Source of the DNA: Acidimicrobiia bacterium
GTDB lineage: Bacteria > Actinomycetota > Acidimicrobiia > Spongiisociales > ZC4RG35
Assembly (NCBI GenBank): GCA_965215185.1
Contig: OZ244034.1
Location: 2,304,001-2,368,000, forward strand
Length of the DNA: 64,000 nt
Direction: 5' to 3'
Under the pieces are notes generated by a model. It saw nothing but the letters and a program-made list of their open reading frames with translations, was not told the origin of the DNA and made no database searches. Shown here piece by piece: positions 50,675-61,186 of the stretch. Position 1 is the first letter of the stretch, and every line of letters starts with the position of its first letter. The position numbers and the translations under genes are program-made.

Positions 50675-51600
50675 GATCCCTGCTCCCGGATCCGGGGATC
50701 GATGATCCCATAGACCAGGTCCACGGTCAGGTTGATCAGTACGAAGGTGACGGCCCCCACTATCACTATGGCCTGCACCAAGGAAAAGTCGCGAAATTGG
50801 ACGGCCTGGGTGGCCAGGGTGCCCAGCCCAGGCCAGGCGAACACGAATTCCACGGTCACCGCGCCGGAAAGAAGGGTGCCGGCCTGCAGCCCCATGATGG
50901 TCACCACCGGCAGGGCGGCATTACGAATGGCATGGGCGACAACCACGGTGCGTTCTTTGAGGCCCTGCGCTCGAGCGGAGGTGATGTAGGTCTCCTCCAA
51001 CACTTCGCTCAGACTGGACCGAGCCAGGCGGGCGATCCGGGCCATGGGCAGCACCGACAGAGTCACCGCCGGCAGCACCAGATGCTGCCAGGTACCTGAC
51101 TGCCCGGCCGGCAGCCATCCCCAGGCCACCGCAAACAAGAGGATGAACATCAGACCCAGCCAGAAAAGAGGTATCGACTGGCCCAGCAGCGCCACGAACA
51201 CTGAGATACGATCCCAGATCTTTCCCTCCTTGAGTGCGGCCACCACCCCCAAAGGAAGGCCGATCAGGGTGGCGATCAGCATGGCCGCCAAGGTCAATTG
51301 GATCGAAGAGGGAAAGCGGCCCAGAATCAACTCCCAGTTGGGGCGGCTGTAACGGAGGGATTTCCCCAGGTCGAACGAAGCCAACTGGCCGAGATAGTTC
51401 ACGAACTGAACGGGCAACGGCTTGTCCAACCCGAGTTCGATCTGCTTGTCCAGCACCTGCTCCTCGGTGGCGAATTCTCCCAGGATGTTGCGAGCCGGAT
51501 CGCCGGCGGTGCGGGCCAGGAAGAAGGCCAGGCTGAGAGCGATCAGAAGAGTGATCAGCGCTCCCAGGAGTTTCGGAGCCATGAACCGCACAAAGCTCAC
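50671..51600 (-). CDS. ABC peptide-type transporter permease (OppB/DppB-like)
   Basis: GLDKPL, YITSARAQGL, VEFVFAWPGLG, IDPR. Confidence 0.93.
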   Translation of the reverse strand: MSFVRFMAPKLLGALITLLIALSLAFFLARTAGDPARNILGEFATEEQVLDKQIELGLDKPLPVQFVNYLGQLASFDLGKSLRYSRPNWELILGRFPSSIQLTLAAMLIATLIGLPLGVVAALKEGKIWDRISVFVALLGQSIPLFWLGLMFILLFAVAWGWLPAGQSGTWQHLVLPAVTLSVLPMARIARLARSSLSEVLEETYITSARAQGLKERTVVVAHAIRNAALPVVTIMGLQAGTLLSGAVTVEFVFAWPGLGTLATQAVQFRDFSLVQAIVIVGAVTFVLINLTVDLVYGIIDPRIREQGS

Positions 51601-52433
51601 CGGGTGGCCTCCTCAACATCCTGACCAATGGCCTCCTCCAGAGCCGAGCGATCCCAGTCCTTGCCGGGAATGGCTGCTATCAGTTGACGGGTGTAGGGGT
51701 GGGAAGGTGACGCCAGCAGATCTTCGGTATCGCCGGATTCCACCACCCGGCCGTCTTTCATGACATACACCCGGTCGCACAGGTTTCGGACCACGCTCAG
51801 ATCGTGGCTGATCAAAAGTACCGCGATTTGCTCGTCGGAGCGCAGCTGCAACAGCAGATTCAGAATTTGGGCCTGCACCGATACATCCAGAGCCGAGGTC
51901 GGTTCATCGGCTACCAACAGCGAGGGACGAAGCAGGAGGGCTCGGGCTATCGAGACTCGCTGGGCCTGGCCTCCGCTCAGCTCGTGAGGGAGATGGTCAA
52001 GAAGGTCTTCGGTCAGACCCACCTTGGCCAGCAGTTCCAAGTCGGTTGCCCAACCGGTTCGATCGTGATGAAGAGATCGTAGTTCGGATAGCCCTTGGCG
52101 CACCGTTTGACGGGGATCGAGCGAACCGTGCGGATCCTGGAACACCACCTGGATTTGGGAACGCAAACGACGCATCCGCGAGCGGGAGATGCCGATGATG
52201 GATTCGCCTGCCAGGTTGATCCGGCCTTCAGTGATCTTCCCCAAAAGCGCCGTGGCCAAAGCCAGGGTGGTCTTGCCCGATCCCGATTCTCCCACCAGGC
52301 CGATTATCTCACCCGCCTCGATATACAAGGAGACGCCGTCCACCGCCACCACATCGGGTCTTCTACCGACACCCCGCTCAGAAAAAACCACCCGCAAATC
52401 TTCGATTTCGAGAACGGGTGGGGTGGTAGTCAC
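51597..52433 (-). CDS. ABC peptide-type transporter ATP-binding subunit
   Basis: [24 protein letters not shown]. Confidence 0.93.
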   Translation of the reverse strand: MTTTPPVLEIEDLRVVFSERGVGRRPDVVAVDGVSLYIEAGEIIGLVGESGSGKTTLALATALLGKITEGRINLAGESIIGISRSRMRRLRSQIQVVFQDPHGSLDPRQTVRQGLSELRSLHHDRTGWATDLELLAKVGLTEDLLDHLPHELSGGQAQRVSIARALLLRPSLLVADEPTSALDVSVQAQILNLLLQLRSDEQIAVLLISHDLSVVRNLCDRVYVMKDGRVVESGDTEDLLASPSHPYTRQLIAAIPGKDWDRSALEEAIGQDVEEATR

Positions 52434-52445
52434 ATTCGGTCCTGG

Positions 52446-53486
52446 TTATCCAGAAAAGCGGGGGACGACTTGCGACCCTATCCCTTCAATGGCCTCCAGC
52501 GTCTCTTCTAGGCTGGGGCCTTGGAAGTGGCGAAGCCGCACGATTATCTCCTCCGGTCCCACCAGTTCGATCCACTTCGGCAGCGTCTCCAGCCAGTGCT
52601 CCAGCGACCCGCACAGCACCCGGTCGATCAGCACATGATCAACGGTCAGATCAGCCGGACCGGAGAGGTCGGCGAACCACGGCTCGTATTTGGGGTGGTA
52701 GCTGTTGCCTCTCTCCATGTATACCCGGTGATAACCGAGCACATATTCTCCGTAGGTGTCCCGAGCTACTTGATCGGTCTCTCCCAGCCAGGCTTCTCGC
52801 AGCATGACGATTCTGGGTTTTCTCCCCACCTTCTCGCATTCCTCCCGGTACACCTTGGCGAGGTCGGCCAGCCAGTGGATGTTGCGGATCGGTCCGGTTA
52901 TCCAACCGTCCGCATATCGGGCGGCTCGTCTAACGCCGCCCGGTGACCAGGCGCCAGCGAAGACTTCCAACTCCACATCTGCTACCGCCTCATCGCGGAT
53001 GGGGGTCCTGCCCTGATACGGGCCGTCCAGGATTAATTCCTTACCGGCCAGATAGGCGTTGATGGCCTCCAAACCCTGCTCCATCCGCGCCGCTCGTTGC
53101 CCGTGATCCACTCCCATTATCTGGAAATCCCCTTCCATGTAACCGGCCCCTACACAAAGCCGGAACCGTCCGGGGTGAAGAGCGGCCAGCATGGTGGCAT
53201 CCTGAACAACTTCCACCGGATGGTGCAGGGGCAGTACCACAAGCCCTGCAGCAAACATGATCCCCTCTACTTTCCCCAAGCCGTAGGCAGAGAGCAGTAT
53301 CGGGTTGTGCGAGTAGGACGTGGCACCGGAACTGCGCCGTTCGCCGGTGTACACGCAGTGGAACCCCGCAGCAGCCGCAGCGGCGGACTCCCGGACGAAA
53401 CCGGACAGGTCATAGATGCGCCGACCCTCTTCGAATACCTGGTTGGGCGGTGCGATACTGAAACGAATAGCTGAATCCGGTGACGA
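52446..53486 (-). CDS. LLM oxidoreductase; frame open to 53486 but lacking a canonical start there
   Basis: IRFSIAPP..GFHCVYTGERR..HPVEVVQDA..GRFRLCVGAGY; homologous to 59236-60282. Confidence 0.75.
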   Translation of the reverse strand, partial: SSPDSAIRFSIAPPNQVFEEGRRIYDLSGFVRESAAAAAAGFHCVYTGERRSSGATSYSHNPILLSAYGLGKVEGIMFAAGLVVLPLHHPVEVVQDATMLAALHPGRFRLCVGAGYMEGDFQIMGVDHGQRAARMEQGLEAINAYLAGKELILDGPYQGRTPIRDEAVADVELEVFAGAWSPGGVRRAARYADGWITGPIRNIHWLADLAKVYREECEKVGRKPRIVMLREAWLGETDQVARDTYGEYVLGYHRVYMERGNSYHPKYEPWFADLSGPADLTVDHVLIDRVLCGSLEHWLETLPKWIELVGPEEIIVRLRHFQGPSLEETLEAIEGIGSQVVPRFSG

Positions 53487-53564
53487 CTATAGACAAAGAG
53501 TAGCCCCCTGCCACCATAATCCCGATAGCCTCACCTATCTTGGGACCAAGAGATCGAAAGGAGC

Positions 53565-54986
53565 TTGAGGTTGGAATACCAGGATTACGACGCCATGGGG
53601 CTGGCCGAGTTGGTGCGAGAAGGCGAAACGACACCATCTGAGTTGCTGGAGACGGCCATCGGCGAGATCGAACGGCTGAATCCGGTGCTGAACGCTGTGA
53701 ACCGCAAGATGTACGACGAAGCCCGCTCTGCGATCAACAGCGGTCTGCCCGAAGGGTCCTTCACCGGAGTTCCCTTTCTGCTCAAGGACCTACGGGCGGC
53801 TTACGCCGGGGTTCCCACCGTGGCAGGTAGCGCCTTCTTCGCGGACAGGGTTGCTCCTCACGACAGCGAATTGGTTCGCCGATACAAGGCGGCAGGCCTG
53901 GTGATCGCCGGCAAGACAAACACTCCCGAGTTCGGCGGAGCACCGACCACCGAACCCAGCCTGTACGGACCCACTCGTAATCCTTGGAACCTGAATCACT
54001 CAAGCGGCGGCTCGAGCGGCGGCTCTGCGGCGGCGGTGGCCGCCGGAATGGTGCCGGCCGCCCATGGGAGCGACGGTGGAGGATCGCTTCGCATTCCGGC
54101 GGCATGCTGCGGGGTGTTCAGCATCAAACCCACCCGGGGGAGGACACCGGCCGGGCCCGACTTCGGTGAAGCCTGGAACGGATTGAGCGCCGAGCACGTC
54201 ATCAGCCGCACAGTGCGAGATAGCGCCGCTCTGTTGGACGTCACCACCGGCCCCTCGCCGGGGGATCCATACTCGGTGCCGAGGGCCAAGGAGCCATTCT
54301 TGGATTCAGCCTCTCGGCCACCGGGTCGCCTCCGGGTGGCCTTCACTTCTTCCACTGCGGCCGGACCCGCTCATCCGGACTGCGTGGAAGCAGTGGACAA
54401 GACGGTAAGACTTCTTTCAGAGCTGGGCCACGAGGTCACAGAAGACAGTCCGGAATGGGATCGCCTCACCGTGGGCGCCGCCTTCCGGCTGCTGATCGCC
54501 GCCAACGTGCAGGCGGGAATCGACGAGTATGCCGAGCAGAAGGGTCGGCGCCCCCGAGACGACGAACTGGAGAACGTCATCCGGGTGCTAGGCGGCGAGA
54601 GCTACGACTCCACCTCGATAGACATGGTGAGAGCAACCTGGGCGATGCATCGCAGCGGTCGGGCCGTGGCGCCTTTCTTCGAGAAATACGATGTGTGGTT
54701 GACCCCCACGGTGGCCACACCTCCCCCGCCGCTGGGCCAGATCGACATGACAACCGATGACATCGACGGTTACCTGGTGACGGTGTTCGGGTTCATACCC
54801 TTCACCGCCATCGCCAACATAGCCGGGATCCCGGCCATGTCGGTGCCCCTCCACTGGAACTCGGATGGTTTGCCCATAGGAGTCCACTTCGTAGCCGGCT
54901 ACGCCCGGGATGATCTTTTGTTCAGCCTGGCAGCACAACTGGAGGAAGCCCGGCCTTGGGCCACGCGTCGCCCACTATTGAGGTAG
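53565..54986 (+). CDS. Amidase signature family protein
   Basis: [41 protein letters not shown]. Confidence 0.95.
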   Translation: MRLEYQDYDAMGLAELVREGETTPSELLETAIGEIERLNPVLNAVNRKMYDEARSAINSGLPEGSFTGVPFLLKDLRAAYAGVPTVAGSAFFADRVAPHDSELVRRYKAAGLVIAGKTNTPEFGGAPTTEPSLYGPTRNPWNLNHSSGGSSGGSAAAVAAGMVPAAHGSDGGGSLRIPAACCGVFSIKPTRGRTPAGPDFGEAWNGLSAEHVISRTVRDSAALLDVTTGPSPGDPYSVPRAKEPFLDSASRPPGRLRVAFTSSTAAGPAHPDCVEAVDKTVRLLSELGHEVTEDSPEWDRLTVGAAFRLLIAANVQAGIDEYAEQKGRRPRDDELENVIRVLGGESYDSTSIDMVRATWAMHRSGRAVAPFFEKYDVWLTPTVATPPPPLGQIDMTTDDIDGYLVTVFGFIPFTAIANIAGIPAMSVPLHWNSDGLPIGVHFVAGYARDDLLFSLAAQLEEARPWATRRPLLR

Positions 54987-55139
54987 TCCCGCAGGCCAGC
55001 TAAAATTTGGAAGGCTTCGATCCGGCAGTTGCCGCGAGTCCACTCCCGGAAGGTCAGGATCGTACCGACAGGTTTCCTTTCTTGAATTCCGGAGCGAGCC
55101 AACAATGCCGCAGGTCGCAACCGGTACACAGTCCGGTGA

Positions 55140-55951
55140 CGCAGTGGGCAGCATGTTCCTGGCCGCCCAGAGTTGGCCCGATCCCCTCGTTACCTGCCCT
55201 GGTTGTCATCTCCGGCTACCTGGCGTCCGGTGGAGCCAACGCTCTCAATCACGGCTTGGAAGATGACCTGGACCAGAAGATGCGGCGCACCCGCCGTCGC
55301 CCGGTTGCCAGCGGAAGATTATCCAAAACGCAGGCTTTCGTCTTCGGAACAGTTCTCAACCTGGCCGCCTTCACCGTCTTGGCGGCCTTTGTGAACGTCC
55401 TCAGCGGCGTGCTAGCCCTGAGCGGCACCATCATATACATATTCGTTTACACCAAAGGCCTCAAGCGGACCACCCCCCAGAACATCGTGATCGGAGGGGC
55501 GGCGGGTGCGGTTCCGCCGCTGGTCGGGTGGGCCGCCGTAACAGGAACGGTTGAACTGCCGGCCCTCTACCTCTTTGCCATCATTTTTCTGTGGACACCC
55601 CCGCACTTTTGGGCTCTGGCCTTGTTGATCAAGGACGATTACGCCCGCGCCGGGATCCCGATGCTGCCGGTCGTCTCCACTCTGGCAGTTACCAAGCGTC
55701 AGATCCTCATCTACACCGTGGTGCTGGTTGGGCTTTCCATGTCATTAGCGACCACCGGGGCGGTAGGGTGGATCTACCTGGTCGGCGCCTTCACACTGGG
55801 GGCAGGGTTCACAATCCGGGCAATCCGGCTCGCAAGGGGAGAAGGAATAGAGGGCGCCAAGGCTTTGTATCTGTTTTCGCTCTCATATCTTGCCCTGCTG
55901 TTCGTTGTTGTGGCGGCTGATTCGGTGCTGGGCAGGTTCGTCATAGGTTGA
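55140..55951 (+). pseudogene. cyoE: Heme o synthase (protoheme IX farnesyltransferase), 5'-truncated
   Basis: DQKMRRTRRRP, LKRTTPQNIVIGGAAGA, WTPPHFWALA..DDYARAGIPMLP; N-terminal TKPR helix absent. Confidence 0.75.
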
Positions 55952-56080
55952 GTCAAGACTTAAAGAGCAACACCGGACCGGTGAGCACGGTCCACACCGA
56001 GCTTCGCTTTGGTCGCTACCAAGGAAACGACGGGGCCGACTCATGTCGACCCCGTCGTATTCTCTGTTTGGATTCGGGTT

Positions 56081-57760
56081 CTACTCCTGGAAGTAGATCC
56101 CCTCGTAGTCGATTTGCAAATCGAGGCGATGGTTGAATCCGCCCACCCCGGTGGTGTAGGCGAAATTGTCCACCTGGTCGTACACCGAGACCCAGCAGAC
56201 CAAGTCGATGAGGACGATCCGCTCAACCTCGCTGTAGACCGCGTTGCGCTTCGCCTCGGTCTCTGCCGTTGCACCCAGCACTGCCAGTTTGTCCAGCCTC
56301 TCGTCGGTGCAGGCCTTCACCAATCCGGCGGAGGTGAAGGTTGTGCGCATAAAGACGTCCTCATGCGGATACCGCACATCGAAAGGAAGCTGGTGACTGC
56401 CGGCCAACTGGTTGGTAAACAGCGCAACAATGAACTCACCCGGTTCCAGACCGCGGGCATCCAGTGGCAACCCGACCGCCTCCAGCATGCCGACCACGGC
56501 TTCGCCGATGTCCCTGTCACTTATGTAGCGGCCGATCGTGTAGTTGATCGGAATGGGCGGGATGTCGCCCTCCGCCTGCACTTCGGCAATCAACTCCCTC
56601 GCCTTGTCCGGATCGTACGGGTAGTAGTCGTCAGCATGCGCCCCGGTGCTGGCGAAGAAATTGTGATAGGCGTTGGGGTTGGCGATACCACCCCGACCCA
56701 ATAGCACTCCTTCTACCAAGGCTTCCCGATCAATGGCATGGGCGATTGCCTTGCGGAGACGGACGTCTTCCAACTGCGGAGAGTTGATGTTCATGCCTAT
56801 GAAGAACTTGTTCCCGCCGGGCGCGGCGGAGAGGACCAGACTGTCATCCTCTTCAACTTCATCGAAGAGCTGGGGAGACAGGGTCACGATCATGTCGGCG
56901 TCGCCGGTTTGCAGAAGAGCCAAACGGGTGTTGGCGTCTGCCGCCCAGGTCCATTCGACACCGTCCAGGTTGGGAGCGCCGTTCCAGTAGTTCTCGTTGG
57001 CGGAGGCCCTGATCATCTCACCGGGAATCCACTCCTCAAGAACCAACGGGCCGGTGCCCACCGGCGCCAAACCGAATTGTTCGGCGCCCACTTCCGCCAT
57101 GTAGGCGGGCGGAAACACGAATGTCTCGGTGAGGAGAGCGGGGAGCAGTCCGATCCCCGTCCTGGTGGTGGTGGTGATCTCAAAGGTCGTGTCATCGATG
57201 GCCTGAGCGTCAGCGATCAGCGTGAAGTAGACCCGCAGTCCGCCGGTATCCCGATTGGCGCGCACGGAGGCAGCCGCAGCTTCGGCGTTGAAAGGCTCGC
57301 CGTTGTGGAAGGACACACCTTCGCGCACGGTAAACCTCCAGGTCAGATCATCGACCTGCTCGTAGGCGGTGATCAGGCCGCTGGGCTCGGGATGGTTGTC
57401 GGCGTTCTTTTCCATGAGAACGTCGATGATTCCCCGCGAGACCTGCTGGGCGAAGCGAGAAGTGGCTATTGAGGGGTTGAGAGAACGAGGCTCGGTGCCG
57501 ATCACCATCCGCAGGACGCCGCCGTCCACCTTGGTGGGCCCGGCCGCGGTGGTCTCGGTCATCTCCTCGTCATCCTCCATCTCTGCTGCCGTGGTAGTGG
57601 TGGCGGTCGTGGTGGCGGTCGTGGTCTCGGGGGTGGGCTCGGGCGCCGCAGTGGGGGCGGTTTCCTCATCGTCAGCGCCACAGGCGGCTACCAATAAGGC
57701 CAGCGTCGCCAAGACTGCAATCAGCTTGACGCCCAAAACCTGGCGGTTTCTCAGTCGCAT
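56081..57760 (-). CDS. ABC transporter solute-binding lipoprotein, family 5
   Basis: Lipobox LVAAC, REGVSFHNGE, PVGTGP; paralog of 22711-24402. Confidence 0.92.
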   Translation of the reverse strand: MRLRNRQVLGVKLIAVLATLALLVAACGADDEETAPTAAPEPTPETTTATTTATTTTAAEMEDDEEMTETTAAGPTKVDGGVLRMVIGTEPRSLNPSIATSRFAQQVSRGIIDVLMEKNADNHPEPSGLITAYEQVDDLTWRFTVREGVSFHNGEPFNAEAAAASVRANRDTGGLRVYFTLIADAQAIDDTTFEITTTTRTGIGLLPALLTETFVFPPAYMAEVGAEQFGLAPVGTGPLVLEEWIPGEMIRASANENYWNGAPNLDGVEWTWAADANTRLALLQTGDADMIVTLSPQLFDEVEEDDSLVLSAAPGGNKFFIGMNINSPQLEDVRLRKAIAHAIDREALVEGVLLGRGGIANPNAYHNFFASTGAHADDYYPYDPDKARELIAEVQAEGDIPPIPINYTIGRYISDRDIGEAVVGMLEAVGLPLDARGLEPGEFIVALFTNQLAGSHQLPFDVRYPHEDVFMRTTFTSAGLVKACTDERLDKLAVLGATAETEAKRNAVYSEVERIVLIDLVCWVSVYDQVDNFAYTTGVGGFNHRLDLQIDYEGIYFQE

Positions 57761-57878
57761 CGTTCTTCTCCTTTTTGATTAGCTGCGAATCCGGTGTAGC
57801 GGATCTCTTTACACACCAATCGGTATCAAAACAATATTTAGCATAAAGCCCTTCAGGCCGTGATGGGGAATGCAGCGA

Positions 57879-58886
57879 CTATTGCCTTCGAGGTGTGGGA
57901 ATCATTTTGCCGGGCCATCCCACCCCGTAGGTGAACTCTCCGGGTTGGACCATGGCTGGCCGAGCAGGCGCCAACATGAGGAATGGCTTTTCTGTGACGG
58001 TGAACTCCCTCATCGGCCCCGGACCCCACAACTCGAACCCCGGACCCATGCCGGCCTGCGATCCGATTTCGTCAACAATGAACTCTTCGACACGCTCTCC
58101 CGTCACAAGATCTGTTATCCATCCCACCGGACCAGTCTCTGCCCTGATACCTACTTGAGACGGTCCGTACCGCCCGTCGAGTGCCCCGGCATGAGAAGCC
58201 AGGAACACTTTCACCTGATCCAGGATCGCAACCCGGTCGGGCCCGGTGGGATCTGAGTCAAGGTGACCGCGGTAGCGCAAGGTGTTGAGACACCCCTCCA
58301 CTCCCAGCGTCGGGTCGTTTGACTCTCCACCACCGAACTCGGCGAGGAAGGAGGACCCCCCGGCGGCGGTTACCGCTTGACTGAGTTGTCCGGGGACATG
58401 GCGGTTGATCACCACCGGGAGGTAACCGAACGAAGCGCTGAGATCCAGGTCACCGTAGTCGTAGGTGTAGTGCAATCCCCGCCCGGGAGTCCCGGAATGG
58501 AGGTCAACGACGCAATCAGTCTCGTCCAATAGAGCGGATAGCAGAGCATGCGCCAGCTGATCGCTCAAGAATCCGGCCTGCCGACCTGGAAAACGGCGGT
58601 TCAACTGGAAGCCATCGGGGTTGTCCCGGGTGCCGACGGTGAGCCCGAACAGATTGGAGGCTGGTACCAGTATGACCTTTCCGGCCAGATCGGAGTTGAG
58701 CAATCTCTTGCGCAATTCGTGGACCGCCAACGCTGCCAAGGGCTTGTCTCCTATGATCCCCGCCACGATGGCGGTGGCCGGACCGGACCGGGCGCCCACC
58801 AGGCGGTGAAACCTGATCTTCCAGGTTCCACCATCCACCCGGCGGGATCCGGCTTCAACCTCGTAAATCGCCTCTGTCACACCCAT
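57879..58886 (-). CDS. Succinylglutamate desuccinylase/aspartoacylase (M14)-like protein
   Basis: LNRRFPG, VVDLHSG, LAEFGG; RBS AAGGAG before the ATG at 58886. Confidence 0.8.
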   Translation of the reverse strand: MGVTEAIYEVEAGSRRVDGGTWKIRFHRLVGARSGPATAIVAGIIGDKPLAALAVHELRKRLLNSDLAGKVILVPASNLFGLTVGTRDNPDGFQLNRRFPGRQAGFLSDQLAHALLSALLDETDCVVDLHSGTPGRGLHYTYDYGDLDLSASFGYLPVVINRHVPGQLSQAVTAAGGSSFLAEFGGGESNDPTLGVEGCLNTLRYRGHLDSDPTGPDRVAILDQVKVFLASHAGALDGRYGPSQVGIRAETGPVGWITDLVTGERVEEFIVDEIGSQAGMGPGFELWGPGPMREFTVTEKPFLMLAPARPAMVQPGEFTYGVGWPGKMIPTPRRQ

Positions 58887-59235
58887 GTTTTGCTCCTTGC
58901 TTCTGATTTGTCGCCGTATTACGTGAAACCCCACTCTGCTCAGCCAACAATTTCCAACCGCCGTTCTTGAAATTGTCCCATGACCCGCCCATATTGATAG
59001 CAGCCACAAACACCTCCCGGACCACCCCGACGTCAGCGGTCCGCATGCAGGTCACATTTCCGAACCGACCCCCCGGTCTCACCGGGTCTCCCGCGCTCGG
59101 ACCTCGGCGGCGGGGGTGGGGGTGGGGCCCAATCGGAGAGGGGTCTGTCCGGGGATTTCGCGAGATAGTGATGGTATTGGAGGTCTGATGTCATGGTCGT
59201 TTTTGACCACGGCGGGTACGACAATACGGTAGCTC

Positions 59236-60282
59236 TCAATTGAACCGCGGGATAATCTCACGGCCGATGCGTTCGATTACCCGCAAAGTGTCATGGGGAG
59301 GAGGTCCGCTTTGGAAACGCAGCCGCAGCACGAACTCCTCGGGTTGAATGGTTTCTACCCATCCTTCGAGAAGCTCTATCCAGGTATCGACTGATCCCAC
59401 CATGAACCGATCCTCCAGCAGGTGGTGGAGGGCCAGTTCCTCCTTCCGGTCGATCTCCCGCAACCACGGATCCACCCCCACGTCATAGGGTTTGCCCTCC
59501 CCGGTCTCTTCACTCTTCCACCCTCCCTGCATGCGGGGGAAGTACTCCGCATGAGCATGAACAACATGCGGGCCGTATTCGGCGCGGGCCTGTTCGTCGG
59601 TGTCGGCCAGCCAGGCTTCCCGCAACAACCCGATGCGGGGCGCCTTGCCGTGCGCACGGCACTCCTCCCGGTAAACCTCGGCCAGTTCGGCCACGACCTT
59701 TCCGGTGCGCATCGGGTCGGGCAACCACCCGTCGGCCAGGCGAGCGGTCCGTCGCACCCCTGCCTCGGCCCATGAACCCACCCACACTTCCGGCATGTGA
59801 GGTCCCATAGCCGGATCGAGAGCCGGTACCGGTCCTCTTCCCACGTCGATACTGATCTCCCCATTGCGGAAAGCGTTGATGATCTCAAGCCCCTCCTCCA
59901 TGTCCCTGCCACGCCGGGACAATTCCTTCCCGAACATCTCGAAGGCGTGCTCGTTGTACCCCGCTCCCACTCCCAGCCGGAACCTTCCCGGATAAAGGGA
60001 GTTCAACACCGTGGCGTCCTGAATCACCTGGTACGGATCCCGCAGCGGCAACTGCACCACGGTCACCGCGAAATTCAAACGGGTGGTGGCTTGCAGCGCC
60101 GAAGCGGCCAGAACGTGGGGACTGGTGGTGTAGGCGGTCACGCCGATCCGTCGCTCCCCCACCACCACCGAGTAGAAACCGGCTCGCTCGGCAGCCTGGC
60201 ACTCGGCTATGAAGGCGTCAAAATCGAACTCGTAACGTCCGTTGACGATTCGCTGCAGGGGTACGGCCAGGCTGAAACGCAA
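59236..60282 (-). CDS. LLM flavin-dependent oxidoreductase
   Basis: AERAGF, PLRDPYQVIQDA, GRFRLGVGAGY. Confidence 0.88.
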   Translation of the reverse strand: MRFSLAVPLQRIVNGRYEFDFDAFIAECQAAERAGFYSVVVGERRIGVTAYTTSPHVLAASALQATTRLNFAVTVVQLPLRDPYQVIQDATVLNSLYPGRFRLGVGAGYNEHAFEMFGKELSRRGRDMEEGLEIINAFRNGEISIDVGRGPVPALDPAMGPHMPEVWVGSWAEAGVRRTARLADGWLPDPMRTGKVVAELAEVYREECRAHGKAPRIGLLREAWLADTDEQARAEYGPHVVHAHAEYFPRMQGGWKSEETGEGKPYDVGVDPWLREIDRKEELALHHLLEDRFMVGSVDTWIELLEGWVETIQPEEFVLRLRFQSGPPPHDTLRVIERIGREIIPRFN

Positions 60283-60293
60283 CTTGCTTCTCC

Positions 60294-60998
60294 TCAGGCG
60301 ACCCAGGATTCGGGGTGCCGTAGGGTGTATTCATGTCTGACCACGTGGTAGCTGGGGCGAGTCAAACCCGATCCCATCGCTTCTTGGTGCCGAGCAATGA
60401 CAGTCTCCGTGTCCCCTTCTTCCAGGGAATGAGAAACCCTTCCCCACTCCAGCATCACCATGATCTCCGGCTCGGCGCCGGGATAGACGGTGTGTTTTCC
60501 ATCCTCAAAACATACCCTGCCGCGAAAAAACCCCGGCAAGCTCCGCAGACGGAAGAATTCCTCGGTTCGATACCACTCCAAGAGCCTGGGACGATCCGGA
60601 TCCGGCAGATCGAAGCGAATGGTGGTCACCGCCGGGCCGATCAGGGCGCCGGCCAAGCTGGGACGGTGCGGATCGTCATGAACCGAATCGGGAATGCCCT
60701 CGGTGAGCACCTGGTCGTAGATCATTAGAGAATGATTGGAGATCTTCTCGGCGATTATCAAATCCAGTTGCGGGTCGGAAGCCCTCATCTCGTCGTAGAT
60801 CTTGCCGAAGATCTCGATGCCCGGTATTTCGTAGAAGTTGCATATCCACGGCGACCCCACAACCGCCTGGTAGCCGTGAGCGCTGTACTGGCCCACCGAG
60901 ACCGCGTCGGGACCATGCCGACGTTTGTACCCATCGGTGAATTCCGGAATGTAGTCAGGGTCCACATCCATGCGGGAGTTGTACATCCTAGGCAGCAA
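60294..60998 (-). CDS. Hypothetical protein (EthD/DUF4286-like two-domain), tandem copy 2
   Basis: Paralog of 61187-61891; RBS before the TTG at 60998. Confidence 0.7.
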   Translation of the reverse strand: MLPRMYNSRMDVDPDYIPEFTDGYKRRHGPDAVSVGQYSAHGYQAVVGSPWICNFYEIPGIEIFGKIYDEMRASDPQLDLIIAEKISNHSLMIYDQVLTEGIPDSVHDDPHRPSLAGALIGPAVTTIRFDLPDPDRPRLLEWYRTEEFFRLRSLPGFFRGRVCFEDGKHTVYPGAEPEIMVMLEWGRVSHSLEEGDTETVIARHQEAMGSGLTRPSYHVVRHEYTLRHPESWVA

Positions 60999-61186
60999 GT
61001 AATGCTCCTCTCCTGGGGCTGAACAGGTCGGCAAGATACTTGCTTCCAGCCTAATGCTTCCGGTTGGTCTCCTCCTTGGTCACCCTTCCCCAATACTGCC
61101 GGAGAGCAGGAACTTTCTCGACCAGTCGGAACCCCGTAGTCAGGACCGGCAGCGAACTCGGGGCAGTTCCGACCGCGGGCCTGGTT

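Noticed and set aside
59040-59160. G-rich intergenic tract as a structured element
   Set aside because: Single low-complexity occurrence with no supporting context
61040-61186. Riboswitch-like GGAACTGCCCC on the minus strand
   Set aside because: Only a short match; the other conserved elements are absent
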